Made by a program: the position numbers and the translations under genes. The notes below the pieces were generated by a model that worked only from the letters and a program-made list of their open reading frames with translations, did not search any database and had not been told where the DNA came from. Positions 19,259 to 29,595 of a stretch of DNA of 64,000 bases are shown in pieces. The stretch is from the NCBI GenBank assembly GCA_963702845.1, contig OY969763.1, forward strand, positions 576,001 through 640,000, written 5' to 3'. This DNA comes from an uncultured Verrucomicrobiae bacterium (GTDB taxonomy: Bacteria > Verrucomicrobiota > Verrucomicrobiia > Limisphaerales > Palsa-1400). The first letter of the stretch is position 1. Every line of letters begins with the position of its first letter.

Positions 19259-22200
19259 GGTTCTATATTATGCAATCGAACGGCCCTGTAAAAGAGTAAA
19301 ATTGATGGCTCGCCGTTTGTGAACACGAAACTGCCATCAGGCAAATTGTTAGTGGCGACGGGTGTCCAGTTGGCGAGGTCGGTTGAAGCTTCGATCACGT
19401 GAACGCAATTGGCGTCGCCGACGAGCGTGGTGCAGAACCCGCCCGAGTCCGTGCAATGCGGCGCGACGAAGTGGGGCGGGTGTGGCTGTGTAACAAAGAG
19501 CGTTAGTGTCCAACCGTTCGCGATTAGTCCTGAATCAATGATACGGTCATCGAAGACATAAAGGTTCCAATCGCCATAGGTGCTTTCATGGGCGAATTGG
19601 GCAAGACCGATGTTGGTGTAGCCGGGCGCTGGAGTGGGAAAATCGATATTGTCGTAGGCGCTCGGGTGATACGTGCCGCTGGTCAACGGCGCATTGAATG
19701 GAAGGTCGGCGCCAAGGTCGTCAAATAGCAGATCGACGTTTTGGAGTGGGAAATCGCGACCGCCGCCTGCGTTGATCATGAGTGGTGTTGTTTTTCCAGA
19801 AGGACTTTGGAGGAGAATGCAAATATCGCTCGGATAGGTATGGCCCAAGCCCAACAAGCCGACCTGAACGCGGTTGACGTCTTCCGGATAGATGCAGCTA
19901 ACGTGAATTGCGGATGGGTAAGGTGACCCGGGTTGATTGTCGACAATCCCGATCGGAGCGGAGTTGGCAAAGGTCACTGAATTGGTGACGGCGATGTAGT
20001 CATCCACGCGCAACGTCGCGCTGTTTGTCACGCTGCTGCACGGGCCATGAACTTCTACCGTGATGCTCGTCGGTGGCGTTCCGGCGGCAAGGTTTGGAAT
20101 CGCTAAACTGTTATTGGTTTCGCCGTCGAGGAGTTGGCCATCGCGCCGCCAATCGAATGTGAACGGACCGGCTCCAGTTGGAGTGGTAGTGAAGATGGCT
20201 GTTTCGGTCGGGCAATGAGTTTGATCGCCCATCGACGTTGTTGTTGTCGGAACACCGACCAGAAGCAGGCCTGTGTTCGTTGCGGAATTACACGACGCGG
20301 TGACTTCGACGGTGTAGGTGCCGGCGTCGTTTGATGTCACTGCGTTGAGCAGGAGGTTGCTGGTCGATTGGCCGGACATGAGAATGCCGTTCTTGCGCCA
20401 ACGATAGCTGAATGGACTCGTGCCCGTTGGCGTGGCTTTGAAGGCGGCACTTTGGCTCGCACAGCGAATCAACGTGCCGAGCGACGCGACGGTGACGTTC
20501 GTGCGGATGGTGAGAGTTGCAGTGTTGGTGACCGTGTTGCACGCGCTGCTTACTTCCACGGAATAGAGGCCGGCGTTGCTGGTGGAAAGGCTGCTGAACG
20601 TGAGGGAACTGTTGGTTTGGCCGGGGATCTGGATTCCGTTTTGCCGCCAAACGAAAGAGAAAGGACCATCACCCGACGCGACGGTGCTAAAGGTAGCCGT
20701 TTGGCCGGCGCAACGCGTTAACGAGAACATCGTGCTTGCGGAAATGCTGGGAAGAGAAAGCGTGGCGGAGTTTGTCAGGGTGATGCACCAATTGTTGATC
20801 TCGACGGAATACGTTCCGGCGTCTTGTGGATTTGCGACCTGAACAGTCAGGGACGAATTCGTCGCGCCTGCGACGGCGGTTCCGTTTTTGCGCCAGAGGT
20901 AGGTTGCAATCGGATAGTTCGAAATCGTTGTGGTGAACACAGCGGTTTGGTTGGGACATGCGCTGACGTTTGCTAAAGCCGTCGCTGTCATGTAGTCGCC
21001 AATTAACAGAGCAGCGGTGTTAGTGGCGGAACTGCATGCACCGGTTGCCTCAACGGTGTAAGTGCCAGCGTCGGTTGCGGTGACGTTTGCTATTGCGAGG
21101 ATGCTGCCAGTGCTCGCCAATGTGACGCCGTTCTTTTTCCAAACATATTGAAATGGCCCGGTGCCAGATGGTGTTGCAGTGAACGACCCGGTGCCGCCGA
21201 GGCACGCCAAGGCATCGTGGATGGCGACCGTGTTTGCGATATTGTCGATATGGATTGAAAGATTGTCAGCCGTGTTGGCGTCGAGAACTGAAGCCGGTGG
21301 CGAGATTATGGCGATGTTTGTCAGTGTGCAGTCGACGGGTGTCGCCAGTATTCCGGTCGCGGTGAAAACGACGGCTTGATGAATTGGGATGTCCAGCGCC
21401 GCGTTAATGTTGCCGTTGCCGTTGGTGACGTCGCCGCTGGAGTTGCCGAGGAACGCGGCTGACCAGGTCACGTTGCTCAGTGTTGTGGGGAAGGCGTCCG
21501 AAAACGGGGCGCCGATCACCGGCGCGGCGCCATGGTTTGTCACGGTGATTGTGTAAGTCACGAGTTGGCCGTTGGTGTAGGAGCGAGCGGTGTTATCCTG
21601 CATGACGGCGAGGTCGGTTTGGAAATTTACGCCGCATTCACCGGGCCGTTCGGCGGGGACAAAGATCGCATTGAGCATCATGCGCCGACCGTTATAACAC
21701 TCGAGCGACGATTGAATGCCGTAGTCGTGGCCGCCGAGGTAGAAGATGCAGGTGCCGGTTTGGCCGGGGCGCAGTTTTGCGACAGCGGCATAAGGTTGGT
21801 TCGCCGTTTGGCCAGAGATGTAAACGGCAGTGTAAGCGCTGTTCGTGAAACCAGAGTTGGCGCGAAATCCCCAGTTGGCGACGGAGCTGGTCAACGTCAA
21901 ATTGGTCAGGCCGCCGTCGAATTGGCCGAAAGCGCAATCGGCGTTGGTAAACGCGCAGGTGCCGGTGGCGTTGAGCACGGTTATGCCACCCGTGGTGTGA
22001 AACTCGCCGTAGAGCGGGTTGTTTTCGTAGGTGGTGACGGCCGCGCATTGGCACAAGACGTTGCCGCCGCTGGCCAGAAAACCGCGGATAGCGAGCGTCT
22101 GGGCATTGGTGTTCGTGCCGCCGTCGTAGTGCGGCGCGGTCACGATGGTGAAACAACTGGTGGTTGTGAGCAGCGGGAGATTTGTTGCAAAAAGAACCTG

Positions 22201-22779
22201 ATAATCGTTAGGCGAGAAGCCGGCTGCGGCGAGCACATTTGTTTGGATCCCGTGAAAGGCACCATCCGCCATGACCGCGACTTTAGGTTTGTGCGCGAGC
22301 GTGTATCGGACATCTATGATGGTGTCGGCGGTAAGCCGATAAACGGCGACGTTGTTGCTCCAGTTGGAAATGATGGGCATCGCCACATTTGTGTAGGCGC
22401 TCTCGATGACGAACGGGCCAGCGCGGAAGTTGTAGGTATTGGTAATTGTAACTTTGAACAGAAGTGGAACGGCACTCGCGCTAAAATCGATTGCATCTTT
22501 GCTTTTGCCGGCGGCAATCGCCCATTTCACCGGAATATTCGAGTGGAGCAGAAAATTGATCAGGCCATATGCCTTAAGGTTGAACGGAGTGCCGCCCAGA
22601 GCCTGAAGGCTGTTGTCCATCGGGATGACGAGCGAACCGGCGGAAATGGTTTCGAGATTTGGACGTACGCCAGGAAGGTCTGGATCCGTTTGCGCGAAGG
22701 CACTCGTGCAAAGAAAAATAGGCACGACGACGCGAAAAACCGCGATTCTCAATGCTAAACAAACGACTGCGTGTCTCAT
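19255..22779 (-). CDS. Large secreted protein: unknown N-domain, DUF11, five Ig-like repeats, proprotein-convertase P-like domain, C-terminal EASTDLxxW...FYR domain
   Basis: DLAV...VTYTITVTNHG (DUF11); five C-x-x-x-T...W[KR]xxG Ig units; HTYPSDICILLQSPSG...GDWNLYVFDD. Confidence 0.85.
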   Translation of the reverse strand: MRHAVVCLALRIAVFRVVVPIFLCTSAFAQTDPDLPGVRPNLETISAGSLVIPMDNSLQALGGTPFNLKAYGLINFLLHSNIPVKWAIAAGKSKDAIDFSASAVPLLFKVTITNTYNFRAGPFVIESAYTNVAMPIISNWSNNVAVYRLTADTIIDVRYTLAHKPKVAVMADGAFHGIQTNVLAAAGFSPNDYQVLFATNLPLLTTTSCFTIVTAPHYDGGTNTNAQTLAIRGFLASGGNVLCQCAAVTTYENNPLYGEFHTTGGITVLNATGTCAFTNADCAFGQFDGGLTNLTLTSSVANWGFRANSGFTNSAYTAVYISGQTANQPYAAVAKLRPGQTGTCIFYLGGHDYGIQSSLECYNGRRMMLNAIFVPAERPGECGVNFQTDLAVMQDNTARSYTNGQLVTYTITVTNHGAAPVIGAPFSDAFPTTLSNVTWSAAFLGNSSGDVTNGNGNINAALDIPIHQAVVFTATGILATPVDCTLTNIAIISPPASVLDANTADNLSIHIDNIANTVAIHDALACLGGTGSFTATPSGTGPFQYVWKKNGVTLASTGSILAIANVTATDAGTYTVEATGACSSATNTAALLIGDYMTATALANVSACPNQTAVFTTTISNYPIATYLWRKNGTAVAGATNSSLTVQVANPQDAGTYSVEINNWCITLTNSATLSLPSISASTMFSLTRCAGQTATFSTVASGDGPFSFVWRQNGIQIPGQTNSSLTFSSLSTSNAGLYSVEVSSACNTVTNTATLTIRTNVTVASLGTLIRCASQSAAFKATPTGTSPFSYRWRKNGILMSGQSTSNLLLNAVTSNDAGTYTVEVTASCNSATNTGLLLVGVPTTTTSMGDQTHCPTETAIFTTTPTGAGPFTFDWRRDGQLLDGETNNSLAIPNLAAGTPPTSITVEVHGPCSSVTNSATLRVDDYIAVTNSVTFANSAPIGIVDNQPGSPYPSAIHVSCIYPEDVNRVQVGLLGLGHTYPSDICILLQSPSGKTTPLMINAGGGRDFPLQNVDLLFDDLGADLPFNAPLTSGTYHPSAYDNIDFPTPAPGYTNIGLAQFAHESTYGDWNLYVFDDRIIDSGLIANGWTLTLFVTQPHPPHFVAPHCTDSGGFCTTLVGDANCVHVIEASTDLANWTPVATNNLPDGSFVFTNGEPSILLFYRAVRLHNIEP

Positions 22780-22855
22780 GCGCAACCGAATCGGGCGCGA
22801 CTTCTAAAAGCCGCGCCGCAAATCCTACGTTAAACCGTGTGTTTAGGGGGAAAAA

Positions 22856-22930
22856 TGGTGCGCGATGTATGGATTGAACATACGACCCCCACCGTGTCAA
22901 GGTGATGCTCTACCACTGAGCTAATCGCGC
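22856..22930 (-). tRNA. tRNA-Val(GAC)
   Basis: Reverse complement GCGCGATTAGCTCAGTGGTAGAGCATCACC-TT-GAC-AC-GGTGGGGGTC-GTATG-TTCAATC-CATAC-ATCGCGC-ACCA. Confidence 0.97.
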
Positions 22931-23140
22931 ACTTCGCCTCGACGGGGATGAGCCGAGGGACTAAAAATAGGCCACAAAATCCGTTTCGTGGCAAGCCGAG
23001 AATTTTTTACGGCCGGCTCAGGGAAGGGATGGCGCGTCCTACGAAGCGTTTGTGCAATGACCGAGTCCAGATGCCGGAATCTGGAACTTCGAACGCATTT
23101 CCTCTTGGCCGCGTCGTAAAATGCATCTACAAGATGGGCC

Positions 23141-24049
23141 ATGCGATTGACACGGGCCTTGCTGATTTATTTTGTCGTCGTATTTGTCGGCGGCGCGGTC
23201 ATTGCGCCGGTTCTGTATCAGCTTGCCCGAGGGTTGCTTTATGTGAGGGGCTTCGGAGGTCTCGCAAACGTTCCATTTCACCGAATTGTCGACCGTGCGG
23301 TTTTGGGGATGGCACTGATTTGCCTTTGGCCGTTGTTGCGGGTGATGGGGATAACGTCGTGGCGTGAATTGGGATTCGTGAACCCGGGCGAGAAATGGAG
23401 GGACGTTGTTCCCGGGTTTTTGATTGGTTTCGGGTCGTTGGCGGTGATTGCGTTTCTGGCGATTGCGACCGGCGTGCGGAAAGGGCATCTCACAACTTCG
23501 AGTAGCGAGATTGTGACTCATCTGGTTAGCGCGGGCCTCGCTGCGATAGCTGTCGCTGTTCTGGAAGAAATTTTATTTCGCGGCGCGCTGTTCGGGGCGA
23601 TGCGGAAGTCGTGGCGACTGGGAACGGCTTTGGTGGTCAGCAGCGTGATTTACGCCCTGGCGCATTTCGTGCAGAAAGCGCCTGATCCGGAACTAGTGAA
23701 GTGGTCGACGGGTTTGGCAATGTTGCCGCAGATGTTTGGGAAACTTGGCGATGTGCAGGCGCTCGTGCCTAAAGGATTGGTGTTGTTTGTTGCGGGTATG
23801 ATTCTGGCGATTGCGTATCACCGGTCAGGCTCGTTGTTTCTATCGATGGGATTGCACGCAGGTTGGATTTTTTGGCTGAAATCGTACCGGTTTATTTCGA
23901 CACCGGTGGTGGGCGCGGCGAATTGGTTCTGGGGAACGGACGAACTGATCAATGGTTGGTTGGCGTTGCTCGTGTTAGTGGGTGTGCTGATTGCGGTTGA
24001 TTGGATGTATCCGCGGCGACGTTTGGCTGCGAGCCTGGTTATGCAATGA
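23141..24049 (+). CDS. CPBP (CAAX/Abi) family intramembrane metalloprotease
   Basis: LEEILFRG, YALAH, GLHAGW; multiple TM helices. Confidence 0.9.
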   Translation: MRLTRALLIYFVVVFVGGAVIAPVLYQLARGLLYVRGFGGLANVPFHRIVDRAVLGMALICLWPLLRVMGITSWRELGFVNPGEKWRDVVPGFLIGFGSLAVIAFLAIATGVRKGHLTTSSSEIVTHLVSAGLAAIAVAVLEEILFRGALFGAMRKSWRLGTALVVSSVIYALAHFVQKAPDPELVKWSTGLAMLPQMFGKLGDVQALVPKGLVLFVAGMILAIAYHRSGSLFLSMGLHAGWIFWLKSYRFISTPVVGAANWFWGTDELINGWLALLVLVGVLIAVDWMYPRRRLAASLVMQ

Positions 24050-24050
24050 T

Positions 24051-24794
24051 ATGAACGGGGCGACGCAAACACTGTGGCACGTTCTCGATGCCGGGCTGAA
24101 CTTGTTTTATCCGGCGGTATGCCAGATTTGCCGCGAGCAGCGGGCGACAAGCGCTGAGAGTTACATTTGTGGCGATTGCAGGACGAAAGTTCGGGTGATC
24201 GATGGCGCATTTTGTTCGAAGTGCGGAATTCCTTACGATGGCGCAATCACGAGCGAGTTTGAGTGTGCCGAATGCAAGGACGTCGATTTGAAATTCGATG
24301 CGGCGCGCGCGGCGGTGCGGGTCAATGCGTTTATGTTGGATGTGGTGCATCGATATAAGTACGCGCGAGCACTTTGGTTTGAACAATATTTGGGTGAATT
24401 GTTGGTGCAGGCGGCTGTGCCTGAACTGTGTAAGGAACATTGGGATTTCATTGTGCCGGTGCCATTGCACCCGGTGAAACAGCGCGAACGCGAATTCAAC
24501 CAGGCGGAACGACTGGCAAAATATTTGGGTCGAGCGGCGAACATCCCGGTGAATACGTTCATTCTAAAACGCATTCAACCGACGCAATCGCAGACGACGC
24601 TCAGTCGTGAGGAGCGCGCTGACAACGTGCGAAAAGCGTTTGCATTGCGTGGTCCTGTAGATGTGAAAGAGAAGAGCATCGTGATCATCGATGACATTCT
24701 GACGACTGGCGCGACGACGAGCGCGTGCGCGGGCATTTTGAAAAAGGCAGGTGCGAGTCGGATTCAGGTGTGGACGGTGGCGCGCGGCGCGTGA
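24051..24794 (+). CDS. comF: ComF family protein (double zinc ribbon + PRTase)
   Basis: CQIC, CGDC, CSKC, CAEC; VPVPLH, REFNQA, IIDDILTTGAT. Confidence 0.92.
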   Translation: MNGATQTLWHVLDAGLNLFYPAVCQICREQRATSAESYICGDCRTKVRVIDGAFCSKCGIPYDGAITSEFECAECKDVDLKFDAARAAVRVNAFMLDVVHRYKYARALWFEQYLGELLVQAAVPELCKEHWDFIVPVPLHPVKQREREFNQAERLAKYLGRAANIPVNTFILKRIQPTQSQTTLSREERADNVRKAFALRGPVDVKEKSIVIIDDILTTGATTSACAGILKKAGASRIQVWTVARGA

Positions 24795-24830
24795 GACTTG
24801 AAACGCCGGAAAAGAGAGGGATGTTTGTCT

Positions 24831-25625
24831 ATGGTCACGGTCAATCCTCTGGGGCAATCGGGGTTTCGGTTTGTTGCCGATTCTACGGTTTTGTATGTCG
24901 ATCCATACTTGAGCGACGCGGCTGAGCGGAAGCATGGGCATGAGTTCGAGAGGCAGGTTCCACCGCCGATAACGTCGACGCAAATTACGGATGCAAATCT
25001 GGTGATGATCAGTCACGGGCACACCGATCATTGCGATCCTATCACGGTCGCAACAATCGCGACCCAATCACCGCAGGCGATTTTTATTTGCACTTATGAA
25101 AGCGTGCCGATCCTCGAACAAGCGGGCGTGGCGGCGGATAAGATTCAACTGGTTTCCGAAGAGCTAACGCCGCTGACCAAAGATGTTTCTTATGCGGCCA
25201 TACCGGCGGCGCATCCGACTTTGGAGCGCGATTGGCAAGGCAGGTTGAAGCGCGCAGGGTTTTTGCTGCACTTCGATAATTGCCTGGTTTACCACGCCGG
25301 TGACACAAGCCCGCATCCAGAAATTTTCCACGCTTTGGAAGGCGCGGACATCGATTACGCGTTTCTGCCGGTGAATGAAAAAAATTTCTTCCGCGACCAT
25401 AAAAACATCATCGGCAACATGAGCGTGCGCGAGGCGTTTCATTTTGCGGAGAAGATTGGGGCGAAGCGGTTGGTGCCGATGCACTATGATATGTTCGCGC
25501 CGAATAGCGTGTTTCCCGAGGAAATTGAACTGCTTTACGACAAAATTCAGCCGAGCTTCAAACTGGAGTTTCTTTTGCCGGGCAAGGAATACGTGCTGAA
25601 TGCTGCGTTGGAAATGGTCCACTGA
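24831..25625 (+). CDS. MBL-fold metallo-hydrolase (UlaG-like)
   Basis: LGQSGF, VDPYLS, SHGHTDHCD, YHAGDT, VPMHYDMF. Confidence 0.9.
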   Translation: MVTVNPLGQSGFRFVADSTVLYVDPYLSDAAERKHGHEFERQVPPPITSTQITDANLVMISHGHTDHCDPITVATIATQSPQAIFICTYESVPILEQAGVAADKIQLVSEELTPLTKDVSYAAIPAAHPTLERDWQGRLKRAGFLLHFDNCLVYHAGDTSPHPEIFHALEGADIDYAFLPVNEKNFFRDHKNIIGNMSVREAFHFAEKIGAKRLVPMHYDMFAPNSVFPEEIELLYDKIQPSFKLEFLLPGKEYVLNAALEMVH

Positions 25626-25630
25626 ACCGG

Positions 25631-26653
25631 TTACCGCGTGGCGTAGAAGAACAGGCGCCACAAGGGCGAAAACTTCCCGAGCGTAATCGCGCAACGAGGC
25701 TGTGACATGAGCAGATATTGTAATCGCGCGGCCCACTTCAATCTTCGCACGAACTTTTGATCACACGCGGACGCGATTGACTGTTTCGTTTCGTTCCAGT
25801 CTGCCGTGCCATTGCTGTAACGAACGAAAGGCTCGATCGCGAGCGCGGCGGATTCAAACGCCATCGACATGCCGTTGCCCGTCGCGGGCGCGATCATCGT
25901 GACAGCGTCACCAATGGAGCATTCCAAATGTTCGGAAGCTTGGTGTGGGCGCAAATCGAGCGCGGCGGCAGAGCAGAATGAGTCCTCGTCAAAGGCCGCG
26001 TCGCGAAGTCGTTGGTGGAGAGCTGAAGTCGATGGCCCTTGCAGCCAGTGACGCCATTCGCGTGACAGATCGGGAACGGGTGTTTCGCTGTGGAATAGCC
26101 CGCAGACATTGACTTCATTCAACGGTAGGCGGCAAATGCCGACGTAGCCATTCGGGACGATGTGCATTTCGAGGTCGGCTTCGAGTGCGACGTTCTTCGC
26201 GTGACACTTGAGCCCGAACCAGCGTCCGTTTGCGTTTTGTGCGTGAGGCCTGCGGCCCGTCGCGCGGACGACCTGGTCGCTGAACTGTTTAGTCCAACGC
26301 TGATTGGCTTCCAGTTGGCCGCCCATATTTTGAAACGTATTCGCCAGCAACGCGTCGAGATGGTAACGCGAGATGGACAACGCGGGTTCCGGCAGCTTGT
26401 GATGAATTCGTCTGGCGCCGACGAAGAACGCGGCGTTGTGAGCAGCAATCGCGCCCGCGGCCAGAATGTTTTTGAGCAAACCAAGTTGCTCCAAAGCAGC
26501 TTGCCCACGGCCGCTTATAAATTCGCCGCAGACGCGATGACGTGGGTAAGTGCTAGCTTCGTAGAGTGTCACCGGAATATCACGTTGCCGTAGACCGATA
26601 CCAAGCGTCAGGCCCGCGAGCCCCCCGCCAACTATTGTGATTGGTTTTACCAT
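25631..26653 (-). CDS. FAD-dependent oxidoreductase/hydroxylase
   Basis: IVGGGLAG, RVCGEFIS, IGDA, PATGNGMSMA. Confidence 0.9.
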   Translation of the reverse strand: MVKPITIVGGGLAGLTLGIGLRQRDIPVTLYEASTYPRHRVCGEFISGRGQAALEQLGLLKNILAAGAIAAHNAAFFVGARRIHHKLPEPALSISRYHLDALLANTFQNMGGQLEANQRWTKQFSDQVVRATGRRPHAQNANGRWFGLKCHAKNVALEADLEMHIVPNGYVGICRLPLNEVNVCGLFHSETPVPDLSREWRHWLQGPSTSALHQRLRDAAFDEDSFCSAAALDLRPHQASEHLECSIGDAVTMIAPATGNGMSMAFESAALAIEPFVRYSNGTADWNETKQSIASACDQKFVRRLKWAARLQYLLMSQPRCAITLGKFSPLWRLFFYATR

Positions 26654-27336
26654 TTTTTGACCGCCTTAAACATGTGGCTGGCGATGCTTCGGGGTTCCTC
26701 AAATAAACTCCATTCTCCTGCTGGCCACAACTCCGAGAGTTCTCGGCCGCGAAATCCAGCGCGCACACTGACCGGCGCATCGTAGCGTGTAACGGCCGTG
26801 CAGGTTGCGTAAGTCAGTAAATAACTTCCGATCAGCGCCTGCATCGAGCGCCGCGGTTCGCAAGCAATGAAGAGATTCGTTCGTTGCGCGATGATGGAAA
26901 ACAACTCGCGCAGTTGCTCGGCGCTGAAATGATGCAGAAAGAGGTTCGTATAAATACAATCAACTTTTTGTTGTGCAGGGGGCCATCGAAAGATGTCTGC
27001 TTCAACAAATTCTGCCTCCCAACCGATTTTCTCAAAGCGTTCGAGTGTTTGCGATTGGATCGTTGTCTGGCGGTCGAGCAAAGTGATTTTTCCCGGAGAT
27101 ATTTTTCGAATCACACGCGTCGCGAATGTCGCGTCGCCACAACCGATTTCGACTAAGTGAGGAGAGTCGGTCGCCCAGAGGCTCGCATCGAGGGCATCGC
27201 TGATGATGCGACGATTTCCGAGCCAGAGGTTTAGTCGTTGCAAGTCACGGCGCGAGGCGATGGCACGAGGGTCGGTCGCAGGCAAATTGTCGAGCATTTC
27301 CGGTTCAACAACTCGAATGGCGATCGGGGTTTTCAG
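26647..27336 (-). CDS. Class I SAM-dependent methyltransferase (start uncertain)
   Basis: EPEMLD, LVEIGCGDA, NLFLHHF, YDAPVSVRAGF; no clear ATG before the RVVEPE segment, CTG at 27336 used. Confidence 0.85.
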   Translation of the reverse strand: MKTPIAIRVVEPEMLDNLPATDPRAIASRRDLQRLNLWLGNRRIISDALDASLWATDSPHLVEIGCGDATFATRVIRKISPGKITLLDRQTTIQSQTLERFEKIGWEAEFVEADIFRWPPAQQKVDCIYTNLFLHHFSAEQLRELFSIIAQRTNLFIACEPRRSMQALIGSYLLTYATCTAVTRYDAPVSVRAGFRGRELSELWPAGEWSLFEEPRSIASHMFKAVKKW

Positions 27337-27341
27337 CGGTG

Positions 27342-28400
27342 TTATTCGACTTCCAAAGTTGCGCCGTGACAACTGAATCCGGCGCCGAAGGATGACATCC
27401 ACCAATTTCCGCCGGGCGCGTTTTGGGCGAGAGCGGCTTGCAGCACGAACAGGACAAACGGGCTACTGAGGTTGCCGTATTCGCGAAGCATTGCAGCGCT
27501 TGGACTGACATCTTCGGGGCTCAGTGACAAACTTTGTTGCAGCGCGTTCAAGACTTCGCGGCCACCGGCATGCAGAATCCACGCTTTGATGTCGCTTTTT
27601 TCGAGCTCGGCTTTTTTGGTGACTTGATCGAAAACGGTTCGGGCGTGGCGACCAGCGATGTCGGGAACGCTCGGCGAGAGAATGTTCCGCAACATCCCAT
27701 TTTTGTGTTCGAACCGCAAGAGGTCGCGGTCTTGTGGAATCAGAAGCGAACCGCAAGTTTTCCAGCGAACGGTGCGACGATTCTCCTGAGGTGCTTCGGA
27801 CAAAACAGCTGCTGCCGCGCCGTCTCCAAAAAGACAGGCGCTAATCAGCACGCCTGGATCATCGTCGAGGTAAAAAGCAGCGCTGCAAACTTCGACGCAT
27901 ATCGAGAGAACATTTTTACATTGTCCGGATGCAACGAGCGCGTGAGCAGTGCGTAAATTCGGCAACGCCGCGCCGCAACCTTGGCCGACGAGGTCAATTG
28001 TTGCTGCGTTGGCGCGCATGGATAGTCGTTCGCTGACATAGCTGCTGAGGCCGGGGCACAAGTATCCGGTGCAAGTGGCGATAATCACCGCATCAATTTC
28101 TGCAGCGGTTTTGCCGGCATCTGCGAGGGCTTTTTGTGCCGCTTGCGTTGCGAGAGCGGGAGCGTGTCTGGTGAATCGAGCCTGAAGTGCGTCTGGCGTA
28201 GTATCGAAGGCTTCAGTCAACGGATCGAGCGCGAGATGGCGCGTCGCAATTCCATTTTGGTTCGCGAGAACTTTCTTGAGGATAGCGCGCGAGCGAGCGG
28301 CCAGTTCACCGAAGTGTTTGGAGGATTGGAGCGCATCCCAACACTGCGCTTGAGTGTAACGAGTAGCCGGGGTTGCGGTTCCCAATCCGGTGATGAACAT
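27342..28400 (-). CDS. Type III polyketide synthase
   Basis: Cys-His-Asn triad: GQGCG, ILHAGG, YGNLSS; also TCTG, LFGDGAAA, FGAG. Confidence 0.95.
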   Translation of the reverse strand: MFITGLGTATPATRYTQAQCWDALQSSKHFGELAARSRAILKKVLANQNGIATRHLALDPLTEAFDTTPDALQARFTRHAPALATQAAQKALADAGKTAAEIDAVIIATCTGYLCPGLSSYVSERLSMRANAATIDLVGQGCGAALPNLRTAHALVASGQCKNVLSICVEVCSAAFYLDDDPGVLISACLFGDGAAAAVLSEAPQENRRTVRWKTCGSLLIPQDRDLLRFEHKNGMLRNILSPSVPDIAGRHARTVFDQVTKKAELEKSDIKAWILHAGGREVLNALQQSLSLSPEDVSPSAAMLREYGNLSSPFVLFVLQAALAQNAPGGNWWMSSFGAGFSCHGATLEVE

Positions 28401-28443
28401 GCAGCAAGCTATATCACGGCTGCGCGGAATTCCAGTGGCACTG

Positions 28444-29595
28444 TCAACGAAACTCCGGGTGTTTCGGCAATGTGTAGGCGAGGATTGTTCCTGCGATCAG
28501 CGCAACGAGATAGCCGTAGGGCAGGAGGCAGGCCATCAACCCGGTGATGAGGACGAGAAAGAACGTTGTCCGTTCCTGGGTCATGTCGCGCACGAGCAGC
28601 ATCAGCGCCGTGGCTTCGAAGGCGAGCATTACTCCGAGGATAGGCAGCGGGAACACGTGAAAAACGTTTTCAAAGCCGCCGCTGAAAAATAGACCGACGA
28701 CCAGATACATGCTGCCATAAATAATGACCGACATGCCGGTGCGCGCACCGAAAGCGTAATGCCCCGCCAGACCGCCTGAACCGTGGCAGGTCGGAACGCC
28801 GCCGAAAAACGGATTCACGAGGTTCATGAACGAGTAGGTGAGGCCGATTTTTGTCAGCGATGGGGCGCGTGTTGGAAACAAATCTTCCGCAACGCGGCGT
28901 GCGCCAAGGACAGAATTGCCAATCGAGAGCGGCACTTGTGGCAGCGCAAGAATCAGGAATCCGGTCACCACATCGCTCCAGGCAGGAATGTGAAATGTTG
29001 GCAACGTGAAACCGACTGCACTGTGTAGCCCGTCGAAATTTTTAAAGGCGATAGCGTAGATAAAGCCGAGTCCGATAATGAACAGTGCGGCGGGATAACG
29101 GCGGTTACTATAAAGGAGCAGGGCGATGATGGCAGCGATGGTGGCGAGGATGTATCCAGGCGCGTTTTCTTTCGGTAAGTAATCCTTTAGCGCCAGTGTT
29201 GCCAGTTGCAGTCCCAGACCGAATTGAATGCCACGCACCACGACTTTTGGGATCACCCGACCAAGCCATGCGACCAGGCCGGTGATCGAAAGAAAGAACA
29301 TGACCAACCCGATGGCGAGTCCGCCACCGTAAATGACGTTCGGCGCGAGTTTTTGAGTGATGACGATGACCGCGACGGCTTTGAGCGGTTGTGCCGGCAT
29401 CGGCATGCCGTAGAAGAACCCGGTGAAAACTTGCATCGCCCCAAACATGATGAGCACCGTTGCCGCATCGAGCCTTGCCGCCAGAATCATTCCGACGATC
29501 AGTGGAAGGTCGGTGCCGATGTCGCCAAACGCACCGGCAAGTTCGTTACGATCGAAACGGATGCGCGGGTAGGTTTCTTGTGTCGAAGGGGTCAT
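28444..29595 (-). CDS. Putative molybdate/sulfate transporter (MOT1 family)
   Basis: ELAGAFGDIGT, PMPAQPLKA, RGIQFGLG, PTCHGSGGLAGHYAFGART. Confidence 0.9.
   Translation of the reverse strand: MTPSTQETYPRIRFDRNELAGAFGDIGTDLPLIVGMILAARLDAATVLIMFGAMQVFTGFFYGMPMPAQPLKAVAVIVITQKLAPNVIYGGGLAIGLVMFFLSITGLVAWLGRVIPKVVVRGIQFGLGLQLATLALKDYLPKENAPGYILATIAAIIALLLYSNRRYPAALFIIGLGFIYAIAFKNFDGLHSAVGFTLPTFHIPAWSDVVTGFLILALPQVPLSIGNSVLGARRVAEDLFPTRAPSLTKIGLTYSFMNLVNPFFGGVPTCHGSGGLAGHYAFGARTGMSVIIYGSMYLVVGLFFSGGFENVFHVFPLPILGVMLAFEATALMLLVRDMTQERTTFFLVLITGLMACLLPYGYLVALIAGTILAYTLPKHPEFR

Noticed and set aside
21532..22758. 408-aa plus-strand ORF and many other long overlapping ORFs in the track
   Set aside because: Antisense or off-frame shadows of well-supported genes in GC-rich DNA, without motifs
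18497..22930. Genomic island integrated at tRNA-Val (or at tRNA-Pro, 1176-1253)
   Set aside because: No integrase and no duplicated tRNA 3' end seen in the window
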